Assembly: GCA_907165135.1 (NCBI GenBank)
Contig: OU015570.1
Coordinates: forward strand, 682,001 to 746,000
From: Oikopleura dioica
Lineage: Eukaryota > Animalia > Chordata
DNA: 64,000 bases
Reading direction: 5' to 3'
This document shows positions 24,070 to 35,689 of the stretch, piece by piece; positions within the stretch are counted from its first letter, which is position 1; each line of letters begins with the position of its first letter. The notes under the pieces were generated by a model. The model did no database searches, was not told the origin of the DNA, and saw nothing but the letters and a program-made list of their open reading frames with translations. Both the position numbers and the translations under genes were made by a program.

Positions 24070-26968
24070 CAGGTGTAACGAGCTTGTCACTCTGTTCGAA
24101 AACGACGCGGACGACAAGGAGTTTTCTGAGCATCTCTTAACCCGAGAATTGAGATACAATCCCTCGAAATCTGACGCGATTAAAAGCGTCGAAATCGGTG
24201 AAGAGCTCGATAATTCCCAGCGCGCCAAGGCCTACGGCGTTCTGAAATCAAACTGCAAGGTCTTCTCTGTATCAGACGATGATATAGGAATGTTGAAGAA
24301 TTCTGCGTTTCGGATTCATCTCAAGGACGAGCAGTGCGAGATCTATGAGAAGCCCAGACCACCGAAAGCCGCTCTTCGCGAGAAGGGGGAGGAGGTCATT
24401 CAGCGATGGGTCAAAAACAAAATTATCAAAGAAGCAAGCTCGAGGTTCAATCTGCCGTTGTTTTTTGTGTCCAAGCGGGACGGGTCCGCCCGTCCCGTCT
24501 TGGACGCGAGGGCGTTAAACTTGCAGACCATTTCGAATCGATGGCCTCTGCCCGACTTGCGCTCTTTGATGAATAAGGTCTCCGAACTGTATACGTCAAA
24601 TGGCGGGAAAATTTTTGTCAGTTCTAGCGACATACAGTCGGCGTTTAACCAAATACGGTTGTTCGAGCAAGACAAACAAAAAGTCGCTTTCAGCTATAAT
24701 AACCGCCAGTACTGCGCAGAACGGATGATGTTCGGCAGGAGAAATGCACCCAGTTCATTCGCTCAGGCTGTCAGCCGGATTTTCGCTGACGATGAGGAAG
24801 TCCTTATCCTGATGGACGACCTTTAGTCATCAGCGAGACTTTTGAAGGTCACCTCAAGGCCCTCGACAGAGTCTTTAAAAAGCTGATTTCAGTCGGCATC
24901 ACCCTTAAAACGCGGAAGACGAAAATTTGCTGTACTGAATTCGAGTACCTCGGCTTTACGGTTTCAAAAACGGAAATGCGACCAATACGCTCGAAGGTAG
25001 AAGCTATCCTTGAGTATCCAACTCCACGAAACCGGAAACAGGTTCGTTCTTTCATAGGGATGGGTTTATTTTACAGAATGCACATCGAAAATGCAAGCGC
25101 GATTCTAGAGCCCTTGCATAAACTATGTTCTCCAAGTAAGGAGCCCTTTACCTGGACGCAGGCTCATCAAGACGCGTTCGAGCAGTTCAAAACAAATCTC
25201 GCGAAATGAGTTGAGCTCCTGCACCGCGACAACTCTTTGCCACTCGTTCTAGTCACAGACGGAACCACCAAAAAAATCGGGGGCGCGCTGCACCAAAGAT
25301 TACCCACGGGCGAGTTAAGCCCTTTAGGGTTCTTTTCTCGAAGTCTGGTCCCCGCAGAATCTAAACTCGCGAGTCGGTACATTGAACTTGCCGCAGTAAT
25401 AAACTCCCTAGAGTATTTCGAGGATATGGTCTACTTACAGCCAGTCACGGTTCTCTCAGATCATTTCTCTCTTCAGAAAGTACTCGAGGAAAAAAAATGA
25501 AAAGGAGTTTACCGGTGCGAGTTATAAACTTGCTGGAAAGAATGTCTCGTTGATGTGAGCTCGATCGAACATGTCTCTGGTAAGAGCCCGATTCTACTCC
25601 CGGTTGATGCCCTCAGTCGTGCAGTAAAGATCTCGGAGTTCGACGACTTTGCCGAAGACGATGGACTCGACAGAGGTGTAGCGAATCACATTAGACTAGC
25701 ACCGGGGACTGACGAGATCTACTCCCTGTTCGCGATTCAAAGAAGGAGAGCTCGCCGAGCTAAAGCGCAAGAACCTGATCGCCCAATAATGACAGTGGGA
25801 GACACTGGGTATGCTGCTCAGCAGCTTTTGCGGATTCAGAAAAATGATGCATACACCCTTAACCAACTTGACCTTGGAGCCCTTGTTGAGGACGAAAGGG
25901 GCATTCTAGTGGACAAGTCGAACAGAGACCGAATTGCTCTTCCGACTGAGCTAGGCCTCGAAGTCGCTAGCTTTCTCCATCAAGTTAAGGCGCACCCAGT
26001 CGTTATCTGTCTTTCAGAACTTCTGAATCGCAAATTTCGCCTTAAGAATTCTCAGGCAATTGCCCGCAAAATCTGCAATTCGTGTGTTCATTGCCTTCAG
26101 ATTAAGCCAAGACCGCCTCTTAAAAATCTTGATACACCGAAACCGGAGATAGAAGTCCGGCCGTGGCGCCGGATTTTTCTAGATCTCACGGATTTTGGCG
26201 CATGTGACACAGATGTTTTTAGGTATCTTATCGCAATGGTCGATAAATTTTCGAGATTCGTGGTCTGCAAACCACTCAAAACAAAATCGGCCAAGGAAGT
26301 CTCTCAAGCGATTCTAGAGCTCCTTCTGGCGAACAATGCATCAGGCGCAAGAGCAACTTTCGATAACGGATGTGAATTCGTTGCCAGTGAAGTCACATCG
26401 CTTCTCGAGAAATTCAACGTGAAAATCTCATGAATTTCCCCATACAGCCCTCAAGGTAACTTGTGTGAGCGCCAATTCCGCTCGCTGGGAATAAAATCAA
26501 AAATCTTGCGACTCGACCCGAGCTGCTGGAGCAGGAAAGTGCCTATTGTGATATGGCATTTGAATAATACTCCGATAAAACCGCTTGGGAACTTAACACC
26601 AAGTGAAATACTGACTGGGGTGCCAATGAATTACCCCACTTTCTGCCTACCCGATGACCCAAAAGACACAGCCGATCCAGAGGATTGGGCGAATTATCTT
26701 AGCGGGAAAATTTCGCACTAGAATGGGCCGAGAATTACCAGAGCACCCTTCTGTTGGATCACTTGCAGATGGGACAAGGGCAGCTTACTGGAGCCCACAA
26801 AAACCTAACACTTCCAAAAAGGCCTACTTTGCTTTCCAAGGGATCGCTAGAATAAAAAGATACCTGAAATTTGGCTCTTACGAGCTCATAGATGAGATCA
26901 CTCAAAAACCTCTAATTCGCAATGTGCGTCACTTGCGCATTTGCCCGGAAGATAGAAAGGATGAATAA
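24070..26968 (+). pseudogene. pol: E2 pol (RT-RNaseH-INT); protease absent
   Basis: LMDDL RT. LVTDG..IEL..SDH RNase H. H-x4-H..C-x2-C, FLDLTD, TFDNGCEF, SPYSPQGN.CER integrase. Several stops and frameshifts. Confidence 0.9.
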
Positions 26969-27045
26969 AATCGGGGACGAAATTATCGGACCTGATACCC
27001 TTAACAAGATCTTTCAAAGTCACTTTTTCTCACTATTTTTTTCCG

Positions 27046-28703
27046 ATGGCGATCCTTTGGACGTTTTTGGCGATAACGGTCAATGGAGATCAACTACTTC
27101 AGGGCGGGGTTGCATTAGAGAGCAAGGGCGAGGTTTACCTAACTCGACAAACGGCCATTCACCTTGTCGAGATTTCTCGACCTGCCCCGGTTGCACCTTA
27201 CATGAATGTCCAGCTACAGTCTTGCACCAAGAAAGCTTGTGAAAATACATTTTCTAGGGACCGAAGCGCGAGAAAGGAATGTTCTGACGACCGAGCACGA
27301 GTCAGACTTGATGCCCTTAAAGCTTCATTTCAAAAAGACTTTCTTGAAAAGCTGAATGATATTCATAAGGAGGCAGAGCTTTTGAAGCGAAAGTCGAAAG
27401 CTGAAAGACGGCGCCGAGCGCTCCGAACAGGGGTGCATACCCTTAACCGAAATAGGCGGGACGCTTCTCGGCGCTTCCATCCTCTCATCAGCTTTGAATT
27501 TCTCACTCAAGCTGGTGAATAATCATAAAATTCGGCGACTCGAAAGGATTTTACTCCATACGTCAAACCGAGTAGAGGCACTAGAATCCGCACTGTCCGA
27601 ATCGATGAGCTCTATAGCCGTAGCAATAAATCAAACTTATAGCCAAATTGACGAGATTTAATCAAGAATTTGCTCACAATCGAACGAGAAATTTCGCTTT
27701 TCTCTAGAGTCGTTGGCGTCTCTCGCAAATAACCGATTTTTAGACCAACTAGAAGCAGAAAGTTCAAGTTTAGCCACTGGCACCATTCAACCATTTCTAG
27801 ACTACATTTCATTGTGGAAAAGCGGCTGCTATGCGGCCACATGCCCTGCGATGACCAACGAGGCTTGTCAGCGCTTCTGCACTAACTTGTTGTTTGACAT
27901 GCCAAGTGAGCTCAAGCCTAAGCTTCTAGGTACTCAACTACAAACCCATGAGCTAAAAATCTATATCGAGCTCTCATACCCGATCGCAATCACGGAGCCA
28001 TCTGTACTTTTGGCGGTCACATCATTTGGGATCGCAAAGCGCATTGGCGATGAGTTTGTGACAGAGACCGCCATTGTGAGCCCATATGCCACTCGCATAG
28101 AAAACCGACTATTTGAGCTCGACCGGTTCAGATGTTTCTCGAACCGCGCAAATGGTCTGCAAAGCATCGGCGATCTCGTCAAATACGTGCTTAACGAATA
28201 TCCGGAAATGCCCCACTCAAAAGTGGCCAAGTGACTCCCCCTGTACGTACGGGTACGTCGATTCTGGCGTTGTCGTTTACGCCGCCGAGAGCGCGGAACA
28301 CAGAGTTCGATCAATCACGACCGATCTGTCCCGCAAGCGCACTATTTTTCAGGGCTTGCACTTTTTCGGAAATTCAGAGAAAGCTCAGGAAATTACATGT
28401 GGCCCCTTACTCATACCGCTCCAAATGAGCGATATCACTAGTGGTTAAAACGTGACTATTGAAAAAGCCAGTCAAAAGATCGATTTCGAATTCGAGGAAG
28501 ACCTTTCGAATCTAACTGACTCATTCGAAATATACAGACCAACTTTCGAGAAAGAAATAAAGGAAGATATATTTGAAAACACGGTGATTTCTAGCTCCAT
28601 CGGAACCGGATTACTCACAATCATCTTTGTTGTGAGCATCATCATTTTCAATAAAATCCGCTTCCTTGCCCGGGAGATCAACGTTATGCGGCCGACCGTG
28701 TAG
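27046..28703 (+). pseudogene. env: E2 env, class I fusion (paramyxo/pneumovirus F-like) glycoprotein, disrupted
   Basis: Signal-like MAILWTFLAITVNG. Basic sites RRRR and RNRR. YIELSYPI motif. C-terminal TM IGTGLLTIIFVVSIIIF. Confidence 0.8.
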
Positions 28704-29363
28704 CTAGCCAACCCTTATGTTCAAACCACACTTGCCGCGCATTAATGTACTCTGTAAATTTACTCGCCGCAGGGTATTATTTTCAAACTCATTTTTGCTG
28801 ACCATTTTGTATTGCGGAGAGGGGAAAGGCGTGCGCGTCGACTACTTGCCCGATAAATAATGCTATGTCGGAACCCACGGAACTAGCCACTGGTAATGGC
28901 GGGGTTAAACAGTTTCTGCAATTTGGTCACGGGTTTCGAAAATGTACTAGCTTCACAAAGTTCAATTACACGGTCATTCTAGGCCACCGCGCTCCCGATT
29001 GGTTAACAGCACATTTTCCCCGATTTTCTCGAAAAGTCACATCTTTCACCACAAATTAAGGGACCAGACCGTATTTCTCAAAATGACCAGATTTGACCAA
29101 AACTCAATTTCTCTCTTAATAAGGTACTAAGGGGAAGGATCTAGAAACCTAACATGTCAAAACACCATTCCAAATGATGCTTTACGTAACAGCTTGAGAC
29201 TGTCGATTACTTCTTACGAATAATCATACGTCAAGTCCGACCGATTTTTCGAAATTGGTTCAGAAATTCTCTGAGGCCAAACGGTGAGTTAACCGCAGGA
29301 ATCATTTGAAGACATCGTTAGTTTACTAAGAAAGATCTCACCCTAGAACTAAACCCTTAGCCT

Positions 29364-29837
29364 TTGAAAAGTAGCTCAAAGTTGACCAGCACCGCCGTGG
29401 ATTGCACCACAGTCACCAACTCCACCAACGACAACTCCGACGACAGCAACTCCAACAAACTCACAACAGCCTCAACAGCAATCACTACCTCACCAACAAC
29501 AACCTCGACTACAGCGACCACTGCAACAATCTCAACTACAACAACCGCTTCAGCAACCTCACCGACAACATCAACCACAACTCCCTCCACGACGACAACC
29601 TCAAGAACAACAACAACTTCCACCACGTCAACGACAACATCAACAACGACGTCTACCTCAACGACGACAACCTCGATGACCACAATCAACAACCTACTCC
29701 TACCGCCGCCGCTCTCCTTTATCTCATCCTCGACATTTCAACACCGAAACCCGCCTTATTTTTCCGTCAACAACCGAATCAACGTTATCCGCATCGCCTC
29801 TCCCGCCTTCGACAATCCCGCTTCAAACAACTACTAA
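29364..29837 (+). other. Thr/Ser-rich low-complexity ORF inside E2 (no ATG start)
   Basis: Open frame TTTSTTATTATISTTTT... between env and the PPT. Confidence 0.4.
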
Positions 29838-30920
29838 CCTCTTCTCTTTCGCCGATTTCCCTTTCTGCAATATACCGACCATCCTCCTCAGCAACGTCCA
29901 CCCTCGACAATTACCCGACAACAGCTTGGACAACGACTTCAACAATCCCATCTTCACCTGTGCAGCCGAACTACTAACCTCTGCGGACTATCTTCGTCGC
30001 CGATACAATCGCCGCCCCAGATACGCTGCTCCCGTTTCCTGAACAAATCAGATTTTTCTACTCCTGTACATCTTCATCTCTCTCTACTTCTATTTTCTAC
30101 TTCTCTTCTCTTTCTTATCTTTCAACTTCAACAAACCTACCTTCTCGATTTTTGTGTGCTACTATCTAAGATCATTTCTGCAGCTTAGTTTTATAGTATA
30201 GAACTAAGGAACATTCTTTCCCTTAGTGGGGGTAGGGTGTAGTATTCTAGCTTTAGCCCTAGTTTCAGCTTGTCAATCAAAGCCTATAAATAGCTTGATC
30301 AAGGCCCCATCACGCCCCACTTTCTCTGCACTTCCGCTGACTCTCACGTTTTTACATCTGTTCCTATACGCTCCTCTTTTCTTCATTTTTATAATAAACC
30401 AGTCTACCCAAAACAAGAGTACTAGCGGCAACTGCTCTTTGACTCACATAACTTCGGCAAGAATATATAAGCCCCGCTTCTTCAGGCCTCTAAAAAGGGG
30501 ACAGATCAGTCTTGCCGAAGCCGAGTCCCACTCTTAACCTATCAATAGGGATGGCATACAAAAAATTATATCGCGATTGCGACGTCGCCTCAGAAAACCG
30601 AGGGTTCCATCTTGTAGAGCAGAGAATTTTGATTCAGATAGAACCCAAAAAAAGGATTTTCGTAAATAGGTACCTGGAATTTAAGGCACTTTTCTGTAAC
30701 TCCTCTAAAGGATGTGAGATCGGAATTTTCCCCGAGCTCACTTCTCGCCCGTCCTCCCTCATCTCTTATCATTAGGCCAGGCGCCTCGCGCACTAGAAAT
30801 AGCCCTGCACTGGAAACCAAGAGAACAACTACGAGAGAAAGTCCAGATCTCTCATCTGGTGACTTCGCTACGAATTCGCGCCCCAGCAGAGAGCCAGAAA
30901 AGGAAAGGGTTTTATGTTTC

Positions 30921-32644
30921 ATGTCAGATGCTTCAACAATTATAAACAAAGCGTTACACTATACGAGTAAAGTATCAGCTGCCATAATACAGAGTCTTCT
31001 TTTTCTTCCATTGGTGCACGCAGACGAAGAAACACAGACGAACTACAGACAGACAAATCAAATACCTACAAACGCTGAAATTGTTGAACGCCTGAAAGAA
31101 CTGAATCTTGAATACATTGTTTATATCTTTTCTACATATCGCGGACGATTCTTTCTGATCCCGATCGAACTTCGAGAAACTCCAGTCTACAGGAATCAAG
31201 TCAAAGCTTTTTCATCACTACTTCACGATTTTAAAACGAACGAAAGTCTCAGAAGAAGAACATCGCTATTAGACGTTGAAGAGCTCCTACAACTTACGGA
31301 CGAAGGATTACCCGGATTTGTTATCTACGCAATAAGAACAATAATCCACACGGTTACCATTAATAAACCAATCGTAAACAGTGGATTAGAAATTGCAGCT
31401 CAAATGGAGCAAGAAAATGCCAGCGAAGGTTCTAATAATGAAACAATTTTCGAAGATGCTGTAGACGACGGTCCAGATCAAATTGATGAAAGCATTAGAC
31501 AGACTGAAGATGAAGTAAACCGGACATTCAGTGAAAACCCGCTGTTTAATGAAGAAGCAACATTTACGCGACCGAGACCAAGAAGCTACCAAGTCAACAA
31601 CACAACTGATAGCAAAGACGATTCCGACAATTGGGCTGAAAAATGGAAAAATCACCGTATCCCAAAGTTTCAAGAATCAGGTCTTGGAATAAAAGACTGG
31701 GCATCCAAGGTTATCTTTATGATCAACTTTTCACGAAAACGGCCATTGACTGATAAAGAAAAATGTCAGCTTATATTGGAAAATATCCCGACGAAGTCAT
31801 TTGGCCCGATATTGGAGTCCTTCAGCCAAACAACGAATCAAAATTATGAAGACCTTCTATCTGTACTCGAAGACGAGTTACAAATAGATGAAGCTGAAGC
31901 GAGCATGTCGCTTACCAATCTCAAATTCGACGAATCTCGCGACAAGGACCTCAAGCGATTCTTTGAGAAGATTATGAAGTTGACGAAAATCAAATATCCG
32001 AATTTGGACAAAGAAGGTCTCCTCACCACGAGTATGGAACACTTTGAAAAGCTCATTCCAAATTACGTAAAAAATTCGGAAAACTGGGGACTCGACGTTT
32101 ACGATGACAGTGATCCGATGAGAAGAGTTCAGCTTGCAAACCGACTGTACAACCTTCACAAAAGCAAGCGATCAGTTAACACATTTTCGGACACCAAACA
32201 AAAGGGCATCCAAAAAAGTGGCCCTTCTTCCCAATCAAAGTGTTCGAATTGTGGCAAATGGAGCCATATTCGTCCAGAATGCCGTCTACTCCCAAAATGC
32301 CATAATTGCGGTAAAAGATGCCATTTTAAAAAGGAATGTCGAAGTATGGCTAAAGGTCAGCAATCTAGAGGAGGTCATTCGAATTCTTTCCGCGGAACTG
32401 GCCGAGGAAGCTTTCAGAATCAACACCAGAACAAGGCCGCCAGCAGTATCAAAGCCAGCAGAGTTCCCGAGGAAACTTGAGACCGAATGGGCAAAACCGA
32501 AACTGCTTCAACTGTAATTCACCAAATCACTGGGCCAAAGACTGTCCTCGACCTCGGCGCCAAGTTAATAATATAAACTTGGGCAACTCTCAACCTCAAG
32601 GTCATGAAATGAGAAACACGCCGTTCATTCAAATCGACAACTAA
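30921..32644 (+). pseudogene. gag: E3 gag, three CCHC knuckles, one frameshift near 32450
   Basis: CSNCGKWSHIRPEC and CHNCGKRCHFKKEC, plus CFNCNSPNHWAKDC in the shifted frame. Confidence 0.85.
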
Positions 32645-32668
32645 AAACCCTGCTAAGATTTTGTAAAT

Positions 32669-35656
32669 ATGCTGCCGCTCATTTCGATCACGCTAGTCCA
32701 ATACGATTCTGACGAGGCTGAAACAACTGTCGAATTATCGAACGTTTTGGTGGATACCGGAGCAGAAACAAGTCTTGTAGCATCCGATGACATTCCACTG
32801 AATTTTATAACTGAAGATTCTCCGCCTACCACCCTTTCCAACGCGATAGAAAGTAATTTCGCTAGATGCTCAAGACAAATCATCTGTAATATTCGTCTGC
32901 CTGAGAAGAACATTGAAATTTCAAATTGCAAATTGCTCGTTCTTGAGAATTCTTCGCAGTTGGCATTTGGTGCGATTTTAGGAATGAACATCCTTTCCAA
33001 AGTTCAAATTCGAATTGGCAATCGTGACAACATTCTTCAGGTGAACCGCACAAGAATTTCACAACCACTCGAACTTATCATCTCTCCAAATGGAAACAAA
33101 TCAGGTCTGACACTCAAGGATAACACTTATCTTTACCCTGGTGAACTCAACAAAACTGCTTACGTGAACATTTGGACTCCAAGTGGACAGATCTTCTCTA
33201 TCAATGATACGATCCGAACAGTTCCACGCCTGGAAGATAACTGTATATTGGTAGAGAACAAAATTTTCCGTGAGCAATGGACACATGTCAAGTTGAGCAA
33301 TCACTCCTCCAGGGACGTTTTTATCGAAGCCGGAAGTTTGATTGCGACAGTTTACCACCCTCAAGATCCCGAAGAATGCTTACTCAATACTCTTGTAAGT
33401 GTCAAAGACATCTCAGACGCGGAAAAGATCGTTCACCAAAAAGATCTCAAAAAATGGTATGACCAACGGAACGAATTGACAAAGCAGATCTCCGTCGACA
33501 AGGAGATTGATGAAAAGGTGTTAGAAGCACCATCAATCCGCCGCGAACGATTGCGCGCTATACTGAACAAGTTTTCTTGGAGCTACGCTAGAAACTCTTC
33601 CGACAACGGTCTTTCACAGAAATATCTCGCAGAACTGAAGCTTGTTGGCGATCATGCCACATTCTCCCCGCCTTATCCTATCAAAACTGAACTTATCGAG
33701 AAAATCGAGGACAAACTAACGGAAATGGAAAATGGCTACATCGTGGAAGAAACTTGTTCAGCGTTCAACAGTCCCGTTCTCTTCATCATGAAACCTAACG
33801 GTTCTCTTCGATGCGTTAATAACTACTCAAGCGGTAGCGACTCAATAAATTCCAGAATCATAATGCCGCGTTTTCCGACCGTAAACATCAGAGTTCTACT
33901 GCAACTGACTGGAAACAACATCACCGCACTGAAGTCAAAAAGGCCAAACGAAAAAGTCCTGTTTTCGTCATTTGATCTTGCCAACGCATTCTACTGTCTT
34001 TCGTTGCGAGAATCAAGCCGAACGTATACATCCTTTCTCTACAGTCGTCGACAATTGCAATATTGCCGGCTGGCGCAAGGTTTATCAAGCTCACCGTCAA
34101 TCTTCGCCGCCTTTATCCACAAATGCTTCGCTGGATTGTCATCAGAAGAAAAAGGGTATTATACGATCAACTACCAAGACGACCTAGCGATTATCGCTTC
34201 AGAAAATGCAATGGCTGACGCAATCGAAGCAGTACTCACGAGATGCCGAGATAACAACCTTGTTGTCCGTCTTCCAAAATGCGAATTTTACAAATCAAGT
34301 CTCTCATTTCTTGGTTATGTCTTGTCTGAAGATGGAATCAAAGTTCCCGAGAAACGAATCAAAACTTTACTCGAACTGCCGTTTCCCACAAATCAACGAG
34401 AGGCGCAAAAGTTTCAGGGCTGCTTCATGTACTATCTACGACAAACACCGGAACTTTCAGCTCTTCTCAGCCCGCTGTCGAAACAGATTGCCATGAAAAA
34501 ACACTACGTTCTCACAGAAGAAATAAAGAAAAACATACTCCTACTGCGCGAAAACATCAAGAATGGATTGCAAACATGCCATTTAGAATACAACTGCCGA
34601 AATCCAAACCGGAAAATCTTCATTTGCGCGGATACAGCCTTGACTAAAACTGGCGGAGTCATAGGCAACGTTACCATTGAAGACGGTCATCTTTATGATA
34701 TCAAAATCGCAGCCTACTTTTCGAAGCAACTCACCGATCAGGAAACCCTGTTGAGCAGTCGCGCTCGCGAACTGATCGGACTGCAAGCAGCACTCCGAGC
34801 GTTCAAGGACATGGTCCCGCTAACGGAAGAGCTTATCCTGTTTACTGACCATAGAAGCTTGGAAGGGTGCATCCACAGCTCTGGTCTACGAGGCAATGGA
34901 GGAACGAGAGTACGAAGTGCATACGCCGACCTGGTCGAATTTCCGAGAGCTAGAGTCTTTTATATTCCAAATACTACTGATCTGATAAAATGTTGTGATT
35001 CAATCTCGCGATTTGACATAAGCAGCAGCGAATTGAACCCACAAGTTTTCCACCCAAAAGAGTACCGAAAAGCCGCGGAAGGCGAAAAAGTTGAACCAGA
35101 AGAAAAGTCAATGAAGAAAAGTCAAGTTAACGCTGTCAAATTGCGTAAAAAAGTTGAAGAAGTCGATTATTTGAAAATTGTTCGGGAGCAGCTGGCCAGC
35201 AAATTCTCCACAATACACGAAAAACTCGAGGATAATGAAGAAATTGAAGTTAATGGAAAAATGTTTACCAAACGGAATAATGGTCTGTACTTGAAAACGA
35301 AAGAAGGACGTCTCCTTCTTGTCATTCCGAAAGATCTCGGATACAATCTACTTGAAACTCTCCATGTCAGAGGTGCACACTGTGGCACTAAAAGTTTACT
35401 CTATCAAATCGAACAAGAAGACATCTGGGTGGAATCGAAAACGAAAACCGCAGCCGAAGTAGTGCGTGGTTGCATTCTTTGCAAACTCATCTATCGAAAA
35501 TCAGAAAAGAAATCAAAAGATCAGAAAATAAAACCAAGTTTCTCTCCCTACAGTATGGCGTACACTGACATCGTCGAAATTCGATCCGAAAATGGAAAGA
35601 TTTTTAATGTCCTCTCATTTCAAGATCAAAAACATCAGCGATCAAGAAACGACTGA
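32669..35656 (+). CDS. pol: E3 pol, 995-aa open frame PR-RT-RNaseH-INT Zn finger; integrase core deleted
   Basis: VLVDTGA, NYQDD, CADT..EL..FTDH, H..H..CILC. Sequence jumps at ~35626 to the out-of-frame native C-terminus TRKYNLRPRK* (stop 35691-35693). Confidence 0.9.
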   Translation: MLPLISITLVQYDSDEAETTVELSNVLVDTGAETSLVASDDIPLNFITEDSPPTTLSNAIESNFARCSRQIICNIRLPEKNIEISNCKLLVLENSSQLAFGAILGMNILSKVQIRIGNRDNILQVNRTRISQPLELIISPNGNKSGLTLKDNTYLYPGELNKTAYVNIWTPSGQIFSINDTIRTVPRLEDNCILVENKIFREQWTHVKLSNHSSRDVFIEAGSLIATVYHPQDPEECLLNTLVSVKDISDAEKIVHQKDLKKWYDQRNELTKQISVDKEIDEKVLEAPSIRRERLRAILNKFSWSYARNSSDNGLSQKYLAELKLVGDHATFSPPYPIKTELIEKIEDKLTEMENGYIVEETCSAFNSPVLFIMKPNGSLRCVNNYSSGSDSINSRIIMPRFPTVNIRVLLQLTGNNITALKSKRPNEKVLFSSFDLANAFYCLSLRESSRTYTSFLYSRRQLQYCRLAQGLSSSPSIFAAFIHKCFAGLSSEEKGYYTINYQDDLAIIASENAMADAIEAVLTRCRDNNLVVRLPKCEFYKSSLSFLGYVLSEDGIKVPEKRIKTLLELPFPTNQREAQKFQGCFMYYLRQTPELSALLSPLSKQIAMKKHYVLTEEIKKNILLLRENIKNGLQTCHLEYNCRNPNRKIFICADTALTKTGGVIGNVTIEDGHLYDIKIAAYFSKQLTDQETLLSSRARELIGLQAALRAFKDMVPLTEELILFTDHRSLEGCIHSSGLRGNGGTRVRSAYADLVEFPRARVFYIPNTTDLIKCCDSISRFDISSSELNPQVFHPKEYRKAAEGEKVEPEEKSMKKSQVNAVKLRKKVEEVDYLKIVREQLASKFSTIHEKLEDNEEIEVNGKMFTKRNNGLYLKTKEGRLLLVIPKDLGYNLLETLHVRGAHCGTKSLLYQIEQEDIWVESKTKTAAEVVRGCILCKLIYRKSEKKSKDQKIKPSFSPYSMAYTDIVEIRSENGKIFNVLSFQDQKHQRSRND

Positions 35657-35689
35657 AAACACGAGAAAATACAATCTAAGGCCTCGGAA

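Larger units (their letters stand above)
22037..30470 (+). mobile_element. E2: env-bearing Ty3/Gypsy (Tor-like) LTR retroelement, degenerate
   Basis: LTRs 22037-22269 and 30238-30470 (about 9 differences). 4-bp TSD gccc. PBS tggtgactga at 22271. PPT agtgggggtaggg. gag, pol and env ORFs. Confidence 0.95.

Noticed and set aside
24823-26433. Alternative genetic code (repeated in-frame TGA in E2 pol)
   Set aside because: TAA, TAG and frameshifts also interrupt the same elements, so ordinary decay explains it.
29357-29692. Val-rich antisense ORF as a membrane protein
   Set aside because: Expected reverse-strand shadow of the ACA/ACC-rich sense repeat.
30714-30920. Gag starting at GTG 30714
   Set aside because: This codon is inside the 5' LTR and upstream of the PBS. 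ATG 30921 is the plausible start.
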